From: Nitrososphaeraceae archaeon
GTDB taxonomy: Archaea; Thermoproteota; Nitrososphaeria; Nitrososphaerales; Nitrososphaeraceae
Direction: 5' to 3'
DNA: 12,742 bases
Assembly (NCBI GenBank): GCA_044870765.1
Contig: JBIOZG010000041.1
Span: 1 to 12,742, forward strand
Under the pieces are notes generated by a model, which was not told where the DNA came from, made no database searches, and was given only the letters and a program-made list of their open reading frames with translations. Shown here piece by piece: positions 6,638 to 12,742 of the stretch. The translations under genes were made by a program, and so were the position numbers. How positions within the stretch are numbered: the first letter of the stretch is position 1; each line of letters opens with the position of its first letter.

Positions 6638-7471
6638 ATGCCAGTAATAATAAGGCCCGACTCGGAATTTACTAATCTTTTAAAAAGCAATCTAAGAGAT
6701 AGATACGACAACAGGAAGACGGACAGGATTGGCTTGGCGCCCATTCATGTATCTGATATACTCCCTAGCTCCTGTTTGAGAAAGCAATATTATTCACGTA
6801 CTTATCCTGAAGAGGATCCTATAACAGATGAATCCATACACCATTTCGTTAGAGGAGAATCAAGTGAATTTGCTATCACCCAGCTTGCTAGAATCGGGGT
6901 AGCGCAGGAAGAATTACGAATGGACGAGATAGTTGCCCATCCGGATATAATGGACAACACCGATGGAAATAAGGTCATAATAGAGCTTAAGGACACGATT
7001 AGTGGCAAAAGACTTGACATAAACGATTATACATTTCGTTCCTATCTGAGGCAGCTACTTTACTACCTGATTATGACCGGTATTGAAAAAGGCGTTCTCT
7101 CAATCAGGTACAATATTAGAGAACTCAGACTTTTAAAGAAAGACGAGTCAGGTGAATATTTCTTTAGGCCAAACAATTCTAAAAATCCGGGCATAGAAAG
7201 TTGGTCTATTAATATGCCTAAAGATGACATAATGAGGGAAATTTTGAAAAATGAAATGGTCTTGAGAAAGACTATCCTTGTAAGTGCACTCGAAAATCAT
7301 GATGTAGCCACCCTTCCAAGATTGACAGAACCATTAAAATCAGCTAAATGTCCAAATTGTCCCTTTTACCGTAGATGTTACGAAGATATTGAGAATGAAA
7401 AGGCATTGGAGATTGCACAACAAACAGACATTTTTGACATTCGAGGTACATTAGATTTTAGACCGTTTTGA
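6638..7471 (+). CDS. Solo Cas4-like PD-(D/E)xK nuclease with predicted Fe-S cysteines
   Basis: IHVSDI..SCLRKQYY (Cys1), AHPDIMD...IIELKDT (PD...ExK), YLRQLLYY (QxxxY) and KCPNCPFYRRC (three C-terminal Cys). No cas1/cas2 or array in the window. Confidence 0.85.
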   Translation: MPVIIRPDSEFTNLLKSNLRDRYDNRKTDRIGLAPIHVSDILPSSCLRKQYYSRTYPEEDPITDESIHHFVRGESSEFAITQLARIGVAQEELRMDEIVAHPDIMDNTDGNKVIIELKDTISGKRLDINDYTFRSYLRQLLYYLIMTGIEKGVLSIRYNIRELRLLKKDESGEYFFRPNNSKNPGIESWSINMPKDDIMREILKNEMVLRKTILVSALENHDVATLPRLTEPLKSAKCPNCPFYRRCYEDIENEKALEIAQQTDIFDIRGTLDFRPF

Positions 7472-7539
7472 ATACGTGGTATATTCGTTGATTATTGTGT
7501 AAGTATTGATAGATTTCAGGTCTAATCAATAATGGTCTA

Positions 7540-8196
7540 TTAACCCTCGTGAAGTATTTCGCAATCTTTACTCACTTCGTCCTTATCCATGCTGGTATTG
7601 ACCCATACCTCATCATTACCTTCTCCACAATAAACAATATCCTGGGCTCCGTCTGAATCTGTAGTGTTCCTATTTGCAGTATAAATTTTATCATCATCGG
7701 CTCCAGAACTGATCTCATCAATTCCATGACCACCTACTATGAAATCTTCACCAATTCCTGCCAGGATTGTATCAGGACCATTACCTCCTAAGATGGTATC
7801 GTTACCTTCGCCTCCTATTATTTCATCGGCACCATAGCCGCCTGTAATATTATCATTCCCTGTGCTTCCGATTAATGCATCCTTGTCCCCACCACCGTGA
7901 AGTACATCGTTACCCGTTCCACCTACCAATGTATCACTGCCATTATATCCGATTAGATAGTCGTCGCCGAAGAGCCCCAACATATAGTCGGTTCCTTGAA
8001 GTCCGTTCATCCTGTTAGAATTCTTGTTCCCCACCAACACATCTGTCTTCTCCGATCCTTTGCAAGACTTATCCTCATTTTTACACATTATAATTTCGGC
8101 ACTGGACACATTATAATGTGATACCAAAAATAAAATAATAACTAATCCCGACAATAAGAAAATTCGTTTCAGAGACAAATTTGGAAATAGATTCAT
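7540..8196 (-). CDS. Secreted RTX/hemolysin-type calcium-binding repeat protein
   Basis: ATG at 8196 gives a signal peptide (KRIFLLSGLVIILFLVSHYNVSSA/E) and is preferred over GTG at 8301. It is followed by GGxGxD-type nonapeptides and a CGEGNDEV...DCE tail. Confidence 0.88.
   Translation of the reverse strand: MNLFPNLSLKRIFLLSGLVIILFLVSHYNVSSAEIIMCKNEDKSCKGSEKTDVLVGNKNSNRMNGLQGTDYMLGLFGDDYLIGYNGSDTLVGGTGNDVLHGGGDKDALIGSTGNDNITGGYGADEIIGGEGNDTILGGNGPDTILAGIGEDFIVGGHGIDEISSGADDDKIYTANRNTTDSDGAQDIVYCGEGNDEVWVNTSMDKDEVSKDCEILHEG
7681..8058 (-). repeat. 14 tandem degenerate 27-bp (nonapeptide) RTX repeats, coding
   Basis: GSEKTDVLV through SGADDDKIY in exact 9-residue register, e.g. GGTGNDVLH, GGYGADEII, GGEGNDTIL, GGNGPDTIL. 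Confidence 0.85.
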
Positions 8197-8462
8197 AACT
8201 AAATGTCCCTTCTTAGCGATCGAACATTCTAATACCATTTGCACTTTCACTTGTAGCGACGAATAAGAACTATTTTTTATTAATTGTGAATAAAAATACA
8301 CATGTTGATCAAAACATAGAATGGAAAATCGAGTGAGTTAGCTAAAATAATCGGTTTAACATAACAATACCACATAACATTTCTTTACATTCATCGGACC
8401 TAAATTTATTAACAATGAATTTTTCCTAATTCAAATAAATGACGTGAGATACAACAGTTTAC

Positions 8463-8825
8463 TTGAATAATCAAATTATGGCTATAGGGTTCATCATGAT
8501 ATCTCTAACTTTAGCTTCAATGTATGTTTTTGCAGGAAGACTTTATGCAATCGAACAACCAAGTAAAATGGAGGGCATTAATGAGGAAGAATGTAACAAG
8601 ATCTTCAACTGTAAAATCATCTCAGAAGAAGTTATCAAATATCCTGATATTGTGAACCCGTTTACTAAGAATGAAGAAATTGCCAAGACACTAGTGAATA
8701 ATGCAAACGATGCCAAGATCATGACTGAACATACATGCCAAAAATCGATGGACGTCGACATCCTAAAGAAAAAGGATCAGAAAATTGGCGAACAAACCCC
8801 CAAGTATCTAGTGTGCTTACCGTGA
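8463..8825 (+). CDS. Hypothetical secreted or membrane-anchored protein with four Cys
   Basis: Hydrophobic N-terminus (IMAIGFIMISLTLASMYVFA), then a charged domain with ECNKIFNC, HTCQK and LVCLP. Start could be TTG 8463 or ATG 8478. Confidence 0.7.
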   Translation: MNNQIMAIGFIMISLTLASMYVFAGRLYAIEQPSKMEGINEEECNKIFNCKIISEEVIKYPDIVNPFTKNEEIAKTLVNNANDAKIMTEHTCQKSMDVDILKKKDQKIGEQTPKYLVCLP

Positions 8826-8947
8826 GATACATGTGCGTTACTCACCTAAATGAAATCACTTGTACAGCATTCATCATTGATACTAATCGCGGATTAATAT
8901 CAATCTTTAGAGCAATAATTCGAGCCAATCACCACATTTCGTTGTAC

Positions 8948-10132
8948 TCAGATTGTGTAATCAGTCATCCTTGTCTGTTTGTTATCTTTAATAGTAAAAC
9001 TATTTTTTATCCACTCTTTTTCCGATAACGAAGTTTTGGAAATTCCATACGACAAAGCAGAATTAAAAGTTTCAAAGATCCTGCCTTTTTTTCTAAGACA
9101 TTCTCTAATACCTTCTCTAATCTGCCAGACGCCAAGTGATATGAAATATTCAGGATGTATTTCTCTCAAAATCAATACTGATGCTTTTTTTCTAATCTTG
9201 AATAAATATTCAGCCACAGCTAATCTTGCGGCAAAATACGCACCGGCAATTGAGGGATAATGATCTATCCTTTTTCCCGATTCATAATCTGAACCTATGT
9301 GTATCCTACCGTTAGTATCAATCCATGACTCAATCATTTCAAAACTCCAAACTTCATCCGGAATCATAATCAACGAGTAATAATTATCTAGATGACTATA
9401 GTCAAATACAAAATAATTGTCCAATGGAGGATTATCCTTGATTTTGTTTATCAAATATTGGGAAAGGATATCATCAGCTGCGGTAATGCTCCATTTCGTA
9501 GGGACCAATCTACGATTTTTTTTCCTGCCAAGCATTCCCATGCTTAGAACCTTTGAGATTTGACTTATATCTACACTATTATCATAAAGGTCAATTATCG
9601 CGTCAGATGCGTGTATGTCATCATCATAGTATTTTTTTTCAATATTTCTGTCGGAGGTTGATGAAACAATTTTGAAATCTACTACTGGGGCCGAAAACAA
9701 TGTAGGTATTTCTTCAGATACCTTTAGGGTTAAAGTCGTTTCACCCAAGTACTTTGGAATTTTTTCAAGAGTCATAGTACTGTCAACTACTTTTTTAGAC
9801 AGTGACATTTCCTGTAAATATTCAATATAGCGGCCCGAAAGGTCATTCACTTTGTGGAATTTTGTTCCTTTTAAAAGATTGATCCGGTAATTGACTATTT
9901 CCTCTAACGACTTTCCTGTCCACAATTCAGGTCTGTCTAAAATAGCAGTTTCCCCATGATATGGCGGAATCATTGGGCCGATTCTTACATTTGGATATCC
10001 AAATTCTCCTACAAATACGGATGGAGGCGAGGATCCGTCTATGACATTGTTGGAAAATTTTATATCATTAGAATTGATGAATTGATACAGATTACTCTTT
10101 ATTTTTTTCTTTATTTCATCGATTGAAGACAT
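8948..10132 (-). CDS. nreA: Archaeal DNA repair protein Nre with C-terminal PIP box
   Basis: DGSSPPSVFVGEFGYP, LVPTKWSITAADD, GAYFAARLAVAEYL and LREI...LGVWQIREGIR; C-terminal QTRMTDY PCNA-interacting motif. Confidence 0.9.
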   Translation of the reverse strand: MSSIDEIKKKIKSNLYQFINSNDIKFSNNVIDGSSPPSVFVGEFGYPNVRIGPMIPPYHGETAILDRPELWTGKSLEEIVNYRINLLKGTKFHKVNDLSGRYIEYLQEMSLSKKVVDSTMTLEKIPKYLGETTLTLKVSEEIPTLFSAPVVDFKIVSSTSDRNIEKKYYDDDIHASDAIIDLYDNSVDISQISKVLSMGMLGRKKNRRLVPTKWSITAADDILSQYLINKIKDNPPLDNYFVFDYSHLDNYYSLIMIPDEVWSFEMIESWIDTNGRIHIGSDYESGKRIDHYPSIAGAYFAARLAVAEYLFKIRKKASVLILREIHPEYFISLGVWQIREGIRECLRKKGRIFETFNSALSYGISKTSLSEKEWIKNSFTIKDNKQTRMTDYTI

Positions 10133-10350
10133 TAATCTCTATGTTGATTTTTATTTTACCCAACAGGTATTAAAATATAGATGGAAAATTTATCATCTGA
10201 AGGGAATATTGGCCGACGATAAAGTAATATCCTTATTATCGAAGCTATTGGTTAATTTGAAATTTACAACATCATCTTTAATACATTTTCATATTATGGA
10301 AAATCAATTATATTGATCTTTGGACATTAGAGTAAACAAAATGATAATCC

Positions 10351-11850
10351 TTGTTTAGGAAAAAAAATAGTAGTCATTCAATTTGGATAACACTAGCAAT
10401 TCTCAGTTCTATTGCTACCATATCAATGTACACAGAAACGATGCTTCTTCCTGCCCTCCCTCAATTGATCCAGGAATTCAATTTATCGTATAATACCTCA
10501 TCTTGGATACTAAGTGCGTATCTTGTCGCAGGCGCAGTTATGACACCTGTAAGTGGAAAACTATCAGACGTATATGGAAAGAAAAAAATCATGATAATCC
10601 TCATTTCAATATACACGGTTGGGCTTATCATTTCTCCGTTCTCTTCGAATTTTATGATGTTACTAATATCAAGAATTTTGCAAGGAATTGGAATTTCCGT
10701 ATTTCCTGTTACTTTCGGGCTTGTCAGGGAACAATTTCCGAGAAATAAACTAGCAGTAAGTCAAGGTATTATTAGCTCCATGTTTGCTGGTGGCTCTGTA
10801 CTTGGACTTGCAATTGGAGGAACTATAGTACAATATTTTGGATGGAGACTGACATTTTTTTCAATCATCCCAATAGCCATAATTCTGATTTTCATAATTT
10901 TGAGATTTATCCCAAAAGAAAAAAACTTCCAGGAAATTTCCAATACTAACAAAGAGGGATCGCGGCAAAAATTTGATCTAAGAGGTGCGATATTGTTAGG
11001 AGTTACTATTACTACGTTTCTTTTATTCATCACATCTCTCAGAACTGACAGTTTTGATAATAATGATAAACAATTAAATCTATTTGGGATTCCTAATTCA
11101 GCCGTAATCTTCTTTATTATTTTTGTTGCAAGCTTTATTACTTTTTTTCTGCTCGAAAGAAAAACCAAGGCGCCACTTATAAGTTCACAATTATTCCTAG
11201 ATAGAAGGATTTTGTCTTCAAATATAATTTTACTAATCGTAGGGATGTCAATGTTTACTATTTTTCAAACACTGCCTATATTGGCCCAAAGTCCATATCC
11301 CGTCGGGTTTGATAATAGTGCGATTCAGATGTCGCTAGTGCAACTGCCGTTTGCACTTGTACTTTTAATATTGGGTCCTCTGGTAGGCGTAATTATAACT
11401 AAAATTGGGCAGACAACTCCCCTTGTGATTGGTACTATTGCCATGTCATTAGGTTTTTTCTTGCTTTTTTTTATTAGACCAAATGAATTCTATATATCTC
11501 TATATTTAGTAATAATATCAATTGGGATTTCTTTAGCAAACGTGAGTAGTACTAATATCGTAATGATGCAAAGTTCATTCAATCAAATTGGAATCTCGCT
11601 TGGTATTAGTAACTTACTAAGAATCATAGGTAGTTCAATAGGTCCGACAATAGCAGGTTTATTCATGCAAACTCACCTATTTCTAATTGATTCACACAAT
11701 AACCAATTTCACTATTTTCCATCGTCATTAGCATATGATCTTATTTTTGGTACCATGCTAGGACTTTCATTGTCTGCATTATGTATCTCGCTCTTTCTAA
11801 TTAAGAATCGGCTCAAGAATGAGAATAATTTCAGATCAGATAGTAATTAA
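10351..11850 (+). CDS. MFS transporter, DHA2 (EmrB/QacA-like) drug efflux type
   Basis: Motif A GKLSDVYGKK, SRILQGIG, motif C-like GSVLGLAIGG...FGWR, FDLRGA and LLRIIGSSIG; 499 aa, highly hydrophobic. Confidence 0.92.
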   Translation: MFRKKNSSHSIWITLAILSSIATISMYTETMLLPALPQLIQEFNLSYNTSSWILSAYLVAGAVMTPVSGKLSDVYGKKKIMIILISIYTVGLIISPFSSNFMMLLISRILQGIGISVFPVTFGLVREQFPRNKLAVSQGIISSMFAGGSVLGLAIGGTIVQYFGWRLTFFSIIPIAIILIFIILRFIPKEKNFQEISNTNKEGSRQKFDLRGAILLGVTITTFLLFITSLRTDSFDNNDKQLNLFGIPNSAVIFFIIFVASFITFFLLERKTKAPLISSQLFLDRRILSSNIILLIVGMSMFTIFQTLPILAQSPYPVGFDNSAIQMSLVQLPFALVLLILGPLVGVIITKIGQTTPLVIGTIAMSLGFFLLFFIRPNEFYISLYLVIISIGISLANVSSTNIVMMQSSFNQIGISLGISNLLRIIGSSIGPTIAGLFMQTHLFLIDSHNNQFHYFPSSLAYDLIFGTMLGLSLSALCISLFLIKNRLKNENNFRSDSN

Positions 11851-12305
11851 CTTCCAAGATGCTCTATTGTCATTAGTTTCCTGTGGTTGAAAATGTTACC
11901 TATTTGGAATACAATAAAAGATTCCAATACTTTGCCTAGAATTCCATATGGTAACTCAAACTGAATTTGGTCCATTACTCCTGTCTTGTGATAATTCATT
12001 TCCTTGAATGTATGTCTATGCTTCCAAATTTTAAAAGGTGGATCTCTATTTTCATTTCGAACCATTTCATCCACGTACTCATATTTTTCGAAAAAAGTTA
12101 TTCTTGAGCACCACTTTGCATTTATTATTAATTTACCGCTAAAACATGCTACACTACCTTTTTTCAATATTTCATCAGAGCTGTGTATCAAATTCAATTT
12201 TATCTCTTCTGGACTAATTACTTCAAGGTGTCTTATGTTGGTATAAAATTTCCACACTTTATCAATGTCACAATCCACTTCAAACTCATGATAAAAGTGT
12301 TTCAT
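11847..12305 (-). CDS. SRPBCC/START-like ligand-binding protein
   Basis: IDKVWKFYTNIRHLEVISP, YVDEM...PFKIWKHRHTF, MDQIQFELPYGILG and IFNHR are typical of this SRPBCC subfamily. Confidence 0.85.
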   Translation of the reverse strand: MKHFYHEFEVDCDIDKVWKFYTNIRHLEVISPEEIKLNLIHSSDEILKKGSVACFSGKLIINAKWCSRITFFEKYEYVDEMVRNENRDPPFKIWKHRHTFKEMNYHKTGVMDQIQFELPYGILGKVLESFIVFQIGNIFNHRKLMTIEHLGS

Positions 12306-12391
12306 TTCGAATTTTTTTCATCCACTTGATAGTTTATTGAATGCATATATAGAAACATATTGTTTAAAAATCCGCAGAAATAACATGACTC

Positions 12392-12742
12392 ATGGTTAGA
12401 GTAACATCATCCAAAAGTGTTAATATACCTCAGGAAAGAATTTTTTCCGTAATTAAAGATATAGGCAAGCTACCGACATTATTTCCTGACAAATATAAGG
12501 CCTTCAAAATTGTGGAACAATCCGACAAACACATACTAACGGAAGAGATCGTTTCAATATCAGGAAAAGAAATAAAACAGAAAGTAAAACACTTTTTGGA
12601 ACCTAATCGATTGCTCAAAAGCGAAGTTATTGAAGGGGATACAAGGGGAACGGTTTTGATAATAGAGTTAAACGCAAAATCCGATTCAAGTACAGAAATA
12701 AAGATAGATGCAGACCTTAAATTTGGAAAAATAGGAGCAGTA
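12392..12742 (+). CDS. Second SRPBCC/polyketide-cyclase-like protein (runs off the right edge)
   Basis: Not in the ORF track. ATG at 12392 opens 117 codons to the window end: MVRVTSSKSVNIPQERIFSVIKDIGKLPTLFPDKYKAFKIVEQSDKHILTEE...SEVIEGDTRGT...TEIKIDADLKFGKIGAV, a helix-grip N-terminal pattern. Confidence 0.75.
   Translation, partial: MVRVTSSKSVNIPQERIFSVIKDIGKLPTLFPDKYKAFKIVEQSDKHILTEEIVSISGKEIKQKVKHFLEPNRLLKSEVIEGDTRGTVLIIELNAKSDSSTEIKIDADLKFGKIGAV

Noticed and set aside
5706-7020. ORFs 5706-6035, 6051-6338, 6314-6595 and 6802-7020
   Set aside because: Antisense shadows of the terminase-like, FMN reductase and Cas4-like genes.
4997-7471. Intact provirus, gene transfer agent or casposon
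   Set aside because: No portal, capsid, tail, Cas1 or PolB genes and no terminal repeats. The integrase at the left edge points away and is separated from this region by housekeeping genes and tRNAs.
6514-7540. CRISPR array near the Cas4-like gene
   Set aside because: No regularly spaced repeats in the flanking intergenic regions or elsewhere. The only periodic DNA is coding (RTX repeats and the acidic peptide).
8543-12618. ORFs 8543-8761, 8735-9028, 8979-9260, 10503-10748, 10761-11168, 12004-12246 and 12430-12618
   Set aside because: All overlap better-supported genes in another frame or strand. The last is antisense to the partial SRPBCC gene.

Overview
AT-rich archaeal chromosomal window. 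Gene content and promoter style (TATA/BRE, leaderless and TTG starts, no encoded tRNA CCA) point to a soil ammonia-oxidising archaeon (Nitrososphaeraceae, possibly Ca. Nitrosocosmicus); this is an inference. Left edge: the 5' part of a tyrosine integrase directly downstream of tRNA-Ile2(CAT), probably the boundary of an integrated element that extends out of the window. Then a CADD/PqqC-like di-metal oxidase, tRNA-Glu(TTC) with a non-canonical 15/16 intron, a polyprenyl diphosphate synthase, a small HExxH protein and an uncalled 42-aa hyperacidic peptide. The middle holds a VOC protein, a bacterial-type PP2C phosphatase, a terminase-like ATPase with no nuclease domain, an FMN reductase with no canonical start for its full N-terminus and a solo Cas4-like nuclease. 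The right part holds two secreted proteins (one RTX-repeat), Nre, a 14-TM-type MFS transporter and two divergent SRPBCC genes. No CRISPR array, rRNA or viral structural genes were seen. The best candidates for novelty are the ATPase-only terminase (with its PP2C/Cas4 neighbourhood) and the periodic acidic microprotein. Both functional ideas are speculative.
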